The notes: generated by a model from the sequence alone, not told the origin. A stretch of DNA of 50,962 nt from Rubricoccaceae bacterium (GCA_035304085.1 DATGQT010000028.1:1-50962), one strand, 5' to 3'. Shown: positions 27,624 through 34,814, counted from the stretch's first letter. Translations and numbers: made by a program.

Positions 27624-29147
27624 TCAGTGGACGAGGGAAGCGCGGCGGGCGGCGGTGAAGTCCTCGCCGACGACGCGGACGAGGTAGAGCCCCGACGGGA
27701 GCGCACGCCCGTCGAGCCGGAGCACGAGCGGGGCGCCGGCCGCGACGGGCGCGTCGTGGAGGACGGCGACGACGCGCCCGGCGGCGTCGAGGGCCTCGGC
27801 GCGGACGCGCTGCGAGCGGGCGACGGTGAGGCGGAGGGTGGCCTCGCCGCGGGACGGGTTGGGCACCGGGGCGCTCAGGGCGAAGCCGGCGTCGCCGGGC
27901 GCCTCGGGCTCCGCCGCCGTCGTCGGCAGGTTCGGCCGCAGGACGAACAGCCCGTTGTTCTGGTCGTTGGCCACGACGGTCCCGCTCGGGAAGAACGGGT
28001 AGTTGCTCCACTGCCCGTCCCACCCCTCGGGCGACTGGCGCGTCGGCTCGCTGTCGAAGTAGGCGGCCTCGGCGAGGGTGCCGTCCTCGATCCCGGAGAG
28101 GTCGAGGATGCGGAGGCCGCCGTCGTAGTTGCTCTGATACGCGTACTGGCCCTTCACGTAGAGGTTGTGGTCGCGGGTCGGGACCTCCCCGAGGTGCGCG
28201 AAGGCGAACTCGGGGTTGTCGAGGTCCGAGACGTCCATGACGAGGGTGCGCGTCCCGCCCGAAGAGGAGTCGAGCTCGTCGTCGGCGAGGATGTAGCGGA
28301 AGTCGTCGGTGAACCAGCTCTGGTGCGCGTAACCGGGGTTGGGGTAGTAGACGCGGCTGATGAGGACGGGGCTCGCCTTGTCCGTCACGTCCACGAACAC
28401 GAAGTGGTCGCCGCTGCCGAACGAGCTGCCCTGGGAGCCGACGCAGATCTGGCGGCCGGCGTAGTCGGCGTCGGGCCCCTCGTAGACGAGGCACTGCGCG
28501 TCGTGGGTGTACCCGTCGGAGCCGAAGCAGCCGGCCTGCGTGGGGTTCAGCGGGTCCCGGACGTCCACGATGTAGAGGCCACCCGAGCACTCGTCGGAGC
28601 CGACGGCGTAGGCGAACCCGCTCTCGGGGTCGACGGCGACGTTGTGGGCGCTGCCGAACCCGGTGAACCGGGCGTCGTGCGTGAACGTGACCGGCGGGCT
28701 CGCCACGTCGAGCAACCGGGTGAGGTCGAAGATCTGGAGGCCGTGGTTGTTCGCCTCGCTGACGACGAAGGCGTGGTCGGCGTACGTCTTGATGTCGCGC
28801 CAGGTCGAACTCGACGTGGCGGTGGGAAGCTTGCCGAGGTAGACGGGGGCGTTGGGGTCGGTGACCTCGACGAAGGCGGTGCCGTTGTCGAGGCCGACGA
28901 GGGCGAACTCCCGCCCGCTCGGGGCGTGGGTCCAACCCCAGATGTCGTTGCCGTAGTTGGTGCCGAACGTGCCGTGCGGGAGGTGCGCGTAGAGGTCGAC
29001 GCTCCCACAGGGGAAGTTGTTGAAGGGCGTGCCGGGGTTGCCGTCCTCGTCGGCGACGCCGCTCTGGCAGGTGACGAGGCCCTGGGCGTGGAGGGCCGGG
29101 GCGAAGACGAGGGCGGCGAAGGCGGCGAGGAGGAACGGCAGGCGCAT
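27624..29147 (-). CDS. Choice-of-anchor-B / LVIVD-like beta-propeller protein, paralog D, with a T9SS CTD
   Basis: Start at ATG 29147 with a signal peptide. It is 507 aa, like paralog C, and shares near-identical DNA patches with C. The C-terminus is ...LPSGLYLVRV...RRASLVH. It lies 10 nt from paralog C. Confidence 0.78.
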   Translation of the reverse strand: MRLPFLLAAFAALVFAPALHAQGLVTCQSGVADEDGNPGTPFNNFPCGSVDLYAHLPHGTFGTNYGNDIWGWTHAPSGREFALVGLDNGTAFVEVTDPNAPVYLGKLPTATSSSTWRDIKTYADHAFVVSEANNHGLQIFDLTRLLDVASPPVTFTHDARFTGFGSAHNVAVDPESGFAYAVGSDECSGGLYIVDVRDPLNPTQAGCFGSDGYTHDAQCLVYEGPDADYAGRQICVGSQGSSFGSGDHFVFVDVTDKASPVLISRVYYPNPGYAHQSWFTDDFRYILADDELDSSSGGTRTLVMDVSDLDNPEFAFAHLGEVPTRDHNLYVKGQYAYQSNYDGGLRILDLSGIEDGTLAEAAYFDSEPTRQSPEGWDGQWSNYPFFPSGTVVANDQNNGLFVLRPNLPTTAAEPEAPGDAGFALSAPVPNPSRGEATLRLTVARSQRVRAEALDAAGRVVAVLHDAPVAAGAPLVLRLDGRALPSGLYLVRVVGEDFTAARRASLVH

Positions 29148-29189
29148 GCGGAAACCGGGTGTGGTGTGAGGCGAGGGCAAGCAGCGGAA

Positions 29190-29203
29190 GCTAAACAATT
29201 AGC
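29190..29203 (-). promoter_or_regulatory. AT-rich 5-4-5 palindrome in the presumed promoter region of the four-gene array
   Basis: GCTAA-ACAA-TTAGC is the only AT-rich island in the 114-bp gap, about 45 nt upstream of ATG 29147. The minus strand reads GCTAATTGTTTAGC. Confidence 0.3.
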
Positions 29204-29261
29204 AGGCGCGCGTGCGGGGAGAAAAAGTGGACCTGCCGGACCGTCGGCGGCCAGCCCGCCG

Positions 29262-29774
29262 TCACGGCCGCGTCGGGTCTCCGACGGCCTCGAACCGGTT
29301 CCGCTCCCGGTTCTTCCGCACGGCCTCCGGCCGGAACACGCACCCGTTCATCGTCACGTAGACGCCGGGCGGGAGCGTCTGCACGGCCGCCGCCGCGAAG
29401 CCCACGTTGAACTCGGCGTCGGTGGCCTTGAACCGGGCCGGGGTGAGGGAGCCGACGAGGACGACGGTCTTCGAGGGCGCGGGGCCGAGCGCCTCGGCCA
29501 CGGCCTTCGCCGTCTCCACCATCGTGTCGGTGCCGTGGGTGAGGATGACGCGGTCGGCCTCGGCCCTCGCCACGCGCTCGGCGATGAAGGCGCGGTCGGC
29601 GTCGGTGAGGTCGAGGCTGTCCTTCTGCATGAGCGCCTCGACGGCGTACGTGAACGCGACGCCGGCGGCCCGGAGGATCTCGGTGACCTGGGGCTCGCCG
29701 ACCTCGTACTCGCTCCGGGCGTCGAAGTACACCTTGTCGATGGTGCCGCCGGTGGTGAAGATCTGGACGTGCAT
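29262..29774 (-). CDS. Short asparaginase-family protein (N-terminal catalytic domain only)
   Basis: MHVQIFTTGGTIDK (the TGGTI nucleophile motif) and ILTHGTDTMVETA (the HGTDT motif). At 170 aa it lacks the C-terminal domain of type I/II asparaginases. Confidence 0.75.
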   Translation of the reverse strand: MHVQIFTTGGTIDKVYFDARSEYEVGEPQVTEILRAAGVAFTYAVEALMQKDSLDLTDADRAFIAERVARAEADRVILTHGTDTMVETAKAVAEALGPAPSKTVVLVGSLTPARFKATDAEFNVGFAAAAVQTLPPGVYVTMNGCVFRPEAVRKNRERNRFEAVGDPTRP

Positions 29775-29936
29775 CGGTCAGTGGTCCGTGGTCAGTGGTC
29801 CGTGGTCAGTGGTCCGTGGTCAGTGGTCAGTGGTCAGTGGTCAGTGGTCAGTGGTCAGTGGTCAGTGGGGCAAGGACGGGACGGGAGAAGTTCCCCTGTC
29901 TTCTGCCCTCTGTCTTCTGACCCCTGACCCCTGGAC
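29775..29936. repeat. Element E8: 13-unit heptamer tandem array plus conserved core plus pyrimidine word arm
   Basis: 29776-29866 is (GGTCAGT GGTCCGT)x3 then (GGTCAGT)x7. It is followed by GGGGCAAGGACGGGACGGGAGAAGTTCCCCTGTCTTCTGCCCTCTGTCTTCTGACCCCTGACCCCTGGACC. The array ends 1 nt from ATG 29774 of the downstream (minus-strand) gene. Confidence 0.9.
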
Positions 29937-30332
29937 CTACCGGCGCAGGGCCTCGAGGCGGTCCGCGACGAGGCGGTAGAGGGCAGCGGCCTCGTCGGGG
30001 CGGTGGGCGACGGCGGCGAGGCGGGCGGCGACGGAGGCGGAGTCGAGGCCGGTGGTGCGGCGGACGTGGGCGTAGGCGGCGGCGCGGAGGCTATCGGCGT
30101 CCTCGCCGGTGGCGTCGGCGCGGGCGTCGGCGAGGTGGAGGGGGACGAGGGCGTCGGCGAGGAGGCTGTCGGGGGTCACCTCGGGCTCGGCGTCGCCGGG
30201 GCCCCCGCCGCACCCGAGGAGCAGGAGGAAAAGCGCCAGCGCGCAAGCACGGGGGCGTGCAAGCGGGCAGGCGTGCGCTCGTGCGCTCCTGTGCGCCCGC
30301 TCGCTTGCGTGCCCGCTCGCTTGCGCGCTCAT
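29937..30332 (-). CDS. Small lipoprotein of unknown function
   Basis: Lipobox LFLLLLGCGG. The only in-frame start is ATG 30332, which overlaps the upstream stop. The first 30 codons are read from element E15. Confidence 0.55.
   Translation of the reverse strand: MSAQASGHASERAHRSARAHACPLARPRACALALFLLLLGCGGGPGDAEPEVTPDSLLADALVPLHLADARADATGEDADSLRAAAYAHVRRTTGLDSASVAARLAAVAHRPDEAAALYRLVADRLEALRR
30241..30330. repeat. Word-hairpin element E15 (word GCAAGCG), embedded in the 5' end of a CDS
   Basis: GCGCAAGC...GTGCAAGCGGGCAGG (left) is answered by GCCCGCTCGCTTGCGTGCCCGCTCGCTTGCGCGC (right, a direct duplication of GCCCGCTCGCTTGCG). Confidence 0.6.
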
Positions 30333-30658
30333 GCGAGCAGCCCCTCCGGCACGTCCACCTCCATGCGGAGCAGGCGGGCGGCGTAGGTCTTCCCCTGCGC
30401 ATCGAGCTTGAGGGAGACAGTCCCGCCGCCGCCGAGGGCCTCGTGGAGGAGGAAGTTGAGGGCGTAGAGGTTCGGGAGCTCGAACCGCTCGACCGTGCCC
30501 TGCACGGCGGGGCCGAAGTGGGCCTTCACGCGCTCGGGCGTGACGGTCTCACGGAGGAAGTCGTAGTAGGCCGGGTCGCGCGCGATGAGGCCGACGTTGA
30601 CGGCGTCGCCCTTGTCGCCGCTGCGGGCGTGGGCCAGTTCGAGGAGGCGCTTCTTCAT
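30329..30658 (-). CDS. Stand-alone AtuA C-terminal-like protein
   Basis: Start at ATG 30658. HARSGDKGDAVNVGLIAR...LPNLYALNFLLHEALGGGGTVSLKLDAQGKTYAARLL resembles the C-terminal module of acyclic-terpene-utilisation AtuA/DUF1446 proteins. This assignment is from memory and is tentative. Confidence 0.55.
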   Translation of the reverse strand: MKKRLLELAHARSGDKGDAVNVGLIARDPAYYDFLRETVTPERVKAHFGPAVQGTVERFELPNLYALNFLLHEALGGGGTVSLKLDAQGKTYAARLLRMEVDVPEGLLA

Positions 30659-30687
30659 CGGGACGGGAGAAAGGGGAAGGTGCAATG

Positions 30688-31797
30688 TTACGTCGGGGCC
30701 GGGCCGTCGGCCGTGCGGAACGTCCGCGCGATGACCTCGAGCTGGCGGAGGAACTCCCGCTTGTTCCCGCTGAACCGGTGCTGCGGCGCGTACACCATCC
30801 CGAAGACGACGTAGAGCCGCCGCTGCGCGGGGTCGTAGAAGCTGTAGCGGACGAACGGGCCGCCCATGAAGTCCTCCGTCATCCGCCAGAGCCCGCGCGT
30901 CTCGCGCGCCGGCCGCCCCGCGAGCACCACCGAGTCCGTCCGGATCGGTCGCGCGCGGTCGATCCGGACGAACGAGGAATCGTACCCCCCCCGCACGAAC
31001 GTCTCCAGCAGCCGGTCCGTCACGTGCTCGACGTAGGCGGTGTCGAGGCGCTCGGCCGCCGCGCCGTCCTCGTAGTAGACCCAGAGGTCGCGCCAGGTGT
31101 CGGACAGGACGCGGCGGAGGCGGACGTAGTGGCCCGGCAGCCCGGCCGGCGCCGCCGTGGTGTCCTGCGAGACGAAGTAGTCGTGCTGGACGTTGACCGT
31201 GAACCCGTGGGCGTCGAGGAGGGAGTCCTCGACGGCGGTCTGCCGCTGGCGGCTGAACATGTCCTCGTGGAGGCGGGCCAGCGTGGCGCCGGTGAACAGC
31301 GTGCGGAGGGTGTCGGCGTGCTGGCGGAAGGCGTCGGCGAGGAGGGAGTCCGAGCCGGCGGCGGCGAGGACGACGATCTGCCCGGTCGCCCACACGTCGC
31401 GGCGGGGGACGACGAAGGCGCCGCGCCCCTCGCGCACGAGGCGGGCGCCGGCCGAGTCGAGGCGGGCCTCGAGGAAGCGGGCCACGGCGCTGGTGTCGTC
31501 GAGGGCGGCGGCGAAGATGACGTGGCGCTGGCGGCGGAGGAGGTCGAACCCCTCGCTCGTGAGCTCCCGCCGCCGCAACTGGAAGTCGGCGATGTTGAGG
31601 GGCGGGGCGATGGAGCGCCCGAGCGTCGCGCGGAGCGCCTCGCCGACGGGCCCCGCCCACGTCATCGAGTCGGTGACGACGACGACCTCGCCGGGGTCGC
31701 CGACGGCGTTGGGGACGTGGGGGTGGAGCGGCTCGTCGCACGCGGCCAGGCCGAGGGCGAGGCCGAGGGCGAGCGCGGGGAGGAGACGGGGGAGCAT
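30688..31797 (-). CDS. DUF4837-like lipoprotein
   Basis: Start at ATG 31797 with a lipobox (LALGLAACD). The overall pattern (VVVVTD..W.G.VG..L, later FRxL..R) matches my recollection of the Bacteroidota DUF4837 family. Confidence 0.6.
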   Translation of the reverse strand: MLPRLLPALALGLALGLAACDEPLHPHVPNAVGDPGEVVVVTDSMTWAGPVGEALRATLGRSIAPPLNIADFQLRRRELTSEGFDLLRRQRHVIFAAALDDTSAVARFLEARLDSAGARLVREGRGAFVVPRRDVWATGQIVVLAAAGSDSLLADAFRQHADTLRTLFTGATLARLHEDMFSRQRQTAVEDSLLDAHGFTVNVQHDYFVSQDTTAAPAGLPGHYVRLRRVLSDTWRDLWVYYEDGAAAERLDTAYVEHVTDRLLETFVRGGYDSSFVRIDRARPIRTDSVVLAGRPARETRGLWRMTEDFMGGPFVRYSFYDPAQRRLYVVFGMVYAPQHRFSGNKREFLRQLEVIARTFRTADGPAPT

Positions 31798-31895
31798 GCA
31801 GGGGGAGGGTCGGTCAGCGGGGTGCGGGGATCTCCGGCGGGGAGAGCCCGAGGGTCTAACGTTCGCACCCCCGTCGAGCGTTCGCGCCCGCGCGG

Positions 31896-32369
31896 TCATC
31901 GGCCGCGGGTGTAGAGGTCGGGTCGGTCGATGACCATGAACCGCTCGGGGAACGGGGCGCGGACGAACCCCGCTTTCTCGTAGAGGCCGTGGGCGTCCTG
32001 CGTCGTGAGGAGGATGCGGCGGAGGCCCTGGAGGTCGGGGTGCGCGAGGACGCACGCCGTCAGCCACTGCCCGAGGCCGCGGCCCCGGTGGGCGTCGAGG
32101 ACGAACACGTCGGCGAGGTAGGCGAACGTGGCCCGGTCCGTGACCACGCGCGCGAAGCCGACCTGCGCCTCGCCCTCCGGCGCCCGGTGGTAGAGCCCGA
32201 AGGGGAGGGCGTAGCGCACCGACCGCTCGACGACGTCCCTCGGCACGCCCCGCGCCCAGTACGAGTCCTCCGACAGGAAGCGGTGGACGACGTCGAGGTC
32301 CAGCCGGGCGGGGTCGGTGGAGACCACGTAGCCGTCCCGCTCGTGGGTGACGACGGCGAAGGGTTCCAT
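31896..32369 (-). CDS. GNAT-family N-acetyltransferase
   Basis: The acetyl-CoA site is VFVLDAHRGRGLGQWL, followed by AHGLYEKAGF. Confidence 0.85.
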   Translation of the reverse strand: MEPFAVVTHERDGYVVSTDPARLDLDVVHRFLSEDSYWARGVPRDVVERSVRYALPFGLYHRAPEGEAQVGFARVVTDRATFAYLADVFVLDAHRGRGLGQWLTACVLAHPDLQGLRRILLTTQDAHGLYEKAGFVRAPFPERFMVIDRPDLYTRGR

Positions 32370-32399
32370 CAGGCGCAGAGGGTCAGGCAGGCGCGGGGG

Positions 32400-33047
32400 T
32401 CAGGCGGCGGTGGCGGCGCGGAAGGCGTCGAAGAAGGCGTCGAGGCGGTCGAAGTCCATCGCCCCCGGCGCCGCCTCGACCGAGGGGCCGAGGTCGAGGG
32501 CGTACGGCCGCATCGCGGCGACGGCCCCGGCCACGTTGCCCGCCGTGAGATCGCCGGCGAGGAAGAGGGCGAAGTCGCGGGCGAGGTCGCGGACGGTCCG
32601 CCAGCTGAGGCTCTCGCCCGGCCCGTCCCACAGCCCCGTCCCCGCGGTGTCGAGGCGGACGAACGCGGCGGCGTCGCGGTAGACCTCTACCAGCGCGCGG
32701 AGTTGCTCGGCCGAGGCGTCGTGCCGCACGCGGAACGTCTTGACGACGGGGACGGCGACGGCGGCGCAGGCCTCGGGCGGCTCGTGGCCGTCGAGGCGGA
32801 CGAGGCGGAAGCCGGCCGCCTCCACGGCGCGGTTCACCTCCTCGGGCGGCGCGTCGGTGAACGCGCCCACGGGCTCCGGCCCCATCACCCACGCCATGAC
32901 CTCCCGCACCCGCTCCGGCGGCACGTAGCGCGGGCTGGCGGGGTCCTGGTCGAAGGCGAGGTAGTCCGCGCCCATCGCCGCGGCGAACCGGGCGTCTTCG
33001 AGGCGGGTGATGCCGGAGAGGCTGATCCTGGGGTTCGCTGCGCTCAC
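32400..33047 (-). CDS. trpF: Phosphoribosylanthranilate isomerase
   Basis: ISLSGITRLEDARFAAAMGADYLAF at the N-terminus and a (beta/alpha)8-type length. The GTG start at 33047 overlaps the trpG stop (GTGA). Confidence 0.8.
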   Translation of the reverse strand: MSAANPRISLSGITRLEDARFAAAMGADYLAFDQDPASPRYVPPERVREVMAWVMGPEPVGAFTDAPPEEVNRAVEAAGFRLVRLDGHEPPEACAAVAVPVVKTFRVRHDASAEQLRALVEVYRDAAAFVRLDTAGTGLWDGPGESLSWRTVRDLARDFALFLAGDLTAGNVAGAVAAMRPYALDLGPSVEAAPGAMDFDRLDAFFDAFRAATAA

Positions 33048-33691
33048 GTCGGAAGGTCCAAGGTCTGAAGGTCGAAGGTCGGTGGACGGGGCTCGGACGT
33101 CCGACCTTCAGACCCGGGACCCGCGACGGCGAAGCGTACCCAGTTCGCGACGATCCGCGGCCCCTCCGTCGTCAGCACGCTCTCGGGGTGGAACTGGACG
33201 CCCTCGACGGGGAAGCGGCGGTGGCGGAGGCCCATGATCGTGCCGTCGTCGGTCCACGCCGAGACCTCCAGCGCCTCCGGCAGCGCGGCCCGGTCGGCCA
33301 CGAGGGAGTGGTAGCGCGTGGCGAGGAAGCCCTGCGCGACGCCCTCGAAGACCCCCCGGCCGTCGTGGCGGACGCGGCTGGTCTTGCCGTGGACGGGCGC
33401 CGGCGCGTGGACGACGCGCCCGCCGTAGACCTCGGCCATCGCCTGGAGGCCGAGGCAGACGCCGAGGACGGGCGTCGTCGGGCCGAGGCGGCGGAGGAGG
33501 GCCTCCGAGATGCCGGCGTCGGCCGGGCGGCCCGGGCCGGGCGAGATGAGGATGCCCGCCGGCGCCATCGCCGCCACGTCCTCGACCGTCACCGCGTCGT
33601 TCCGCACCACCACCACCTCGCCCGCAGCCGCCTCGACGAGGTGGACGAGGGTGTACGTGAACGAGTCGTAGTTGTCGAGGACGAGGATCAT
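33044..33691 (-). CDS. trpG: Anthranilate (or aminodeoxychorismate) synthase glutamine-amidotransferase subunit
   Basis: MILVLDNYDSFTYTLV, nucleophile elbow GVCLGLQ, and the catalytic HPES. The last 25-28 codons (AVAGPGSEGRTSEPRPPTFDLQTLDLPT) are read through element E9. Confidence 0.88.
   Translation of the reverse strand: MILVLDNYDSFTYTLVHLVEAAAGEVVVVRNDAVTVEDVAAMAPAGILISPGPGRPADAGISEALLRRLGPTTPVLGVCLGLQAMAEVYGGRVVHAPAPVHGKTSRVRHDGRGVFEGVAQGFLATRYHSLVADRAALPEALEVSAWTDDGTIMGLRHRRFPVEGVQFHPESVLTTEGPRIVANWVRFAVAGPGSEGRTSEPRPPTFDLQTLDLPT
33048..33121. repeat. Word-hairpin element E9 (word GAAGGTC), inside the trpG 3' end
   Basis: GTCGGAAGGTCCAAGGTCTGAAGGTCGAAGGTCGG is answered by CGGACGTCCGACCTTCAGACCCGGGACC. 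GGTCTGAAGGTCGG pairs with CCGACCTTCAGACC. Confidence 0.75.
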
Positions 33692-33780
33692 CTCGATCCA
33701 CGATTTCGGATTTACGGCTGACGATTCGTCGGGGAGGTGCCCGATCGTACATCGCCGATCATGAATCGTAAACCGGTCTG
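33692..33780. repeat. Word-hairpin element E10 (words CGATT/TTACG)
   Basis: CACGATTTCGGATTTACGGCTGACGATTCGTCGG is answered by CCGATCGTACATCGCCGATCATGAATCGTAAACCGG. It overlaps the last 7 codons of trpS. Confidence 0.6.
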
Positions 33781-34814
33781 AGGCCGGTGCGCTCGCGGAC
33801 CCGCTCCATCACCGACTCCGCCTTCGCCCTCGCGGCCTCGGCGCCGGCCTGGAGCACGTCGCGGACGTAGCCCGGCCGCGCGGCCAGCTCGCGCCGCCGC
33901 TCGCGCGCCTCGGCGAAGTGCGCGTCGATCATCCCGAGGAGCGCCTTCTTGGCGTGGCCGTAGCCGTAGCCGCCGGCGCGGTAGGCCGCGGCGATCTCCT
34001 CGCGCTCCTCCGGGCTCGCGAACAGCTTGATCAGGGCGAACACGTTGTCGGCCTCGGGGTCCTTCGGCGCCTCCAGCGGCGTCGAGTCGGTGACGATGCC
34101 CATCACCTTCCTCTTCAGCTCCGCGCCCTCGTCGAAGATGCCGATGGCGTTGCCGTAGGACTTCGACATCTTCCGCCCGTCGGTCCCGGGCACGACGGCG
34201 ACCTCCTCGAGGATGAGCGGTTCGGGGAGGGGGAAGAGCGGGTCGTCCTCGGGGCAGAAGGCCTGGTTGAAGCGGGAGGCCGTGTCGCGCGTGATCTCGA
34301 TGTGCTGCTTCTGGTCGGCGCCGACGGGGACGAGGTCGCCCTCGTAGATGAGGATGTCGGCGGCCTGGAGGATGGGGTAGGTGAGGAGCCCGGCGTTGGC
34401 CGAGAGCCCCTGCGCGATCTTGTCCTTGTAGGCGACGCCCTTCTCGAGGTGGGCGACGGGGGTGAGGCAGAGGAAGACCCACGTCAGCTCCGTCACCTGC
34501 GGCACGTCGCTCTGGAGGAAGAGGTGGGCCCTCTCGGGGTCGAACCCGAGGGCGAGGTAGTCGAGCGCGACGTCGAGGGTGTAGCGCGCGAGGGCCTCGG
34601 GGTCGCGGAGCGACGTGAGGGCGTGGTAGTTGACGATGAAGAAGTACGCCTCGCGCCCCCGCGCCGGGTCGGCGGCCAGGGCGACGTGCTGGCGGATGGC
34701 GCCGAAGTAGTTGCCGAGGTGGAGCGCCCCCGACGGCTGGATGCCGGAGACGACGACGGCATCACTTCGCGTGATACTCGAAGGGAGAGAGGGGGTGTGC
34801 GGGTCGGTCTGCAT
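33759..34814 (-). CDS. trpS: Tryptophan--tRNA ligase
   Basis: Class I HIGH-type motif (GALHLGNYFG) and KMSKS (GRKMSKS). Confidence 0.93.
   Translation of the reverse strand: MQTDPHTPSLPSSITRSDAVVVSGIQPSGALHLGNYFGAIRQHVALAADPARGREAYFFIVNYHALTSLRDPEALARYTLDVALDYLALGFDPERAHLFLQSDVPQVTELTWVFLCLTPVAHLEKGVAYKDKIAQGLSANAGLLTYPILQAADILIYEGDLVPVGADQKQHIEITRDTASRFNQAFCPEDDPLFPLPEPLILEEVAVVPGTDGRKMSKSYGNAIGIFDEGAELKRKVMGIVTDSTPLEAPKDPEADNVFALIKLFASPEEREEIAAAYRAGGYGYGHAKKALLGMIDAHFAEARERRRELAARPGYVRDVLQAGAEAARAKAESVMERVRERTGLRPVYDS

Noticed and set aside
29776-29866. Possible CRISPR array, suggested by the regular repeats here and at 41351-41406.
   Set aside because: The period is only 7 nt with no spacers. 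There are no cas genes in the window. This is a microsatellite-like tandem repeat, not a CRISPR array.
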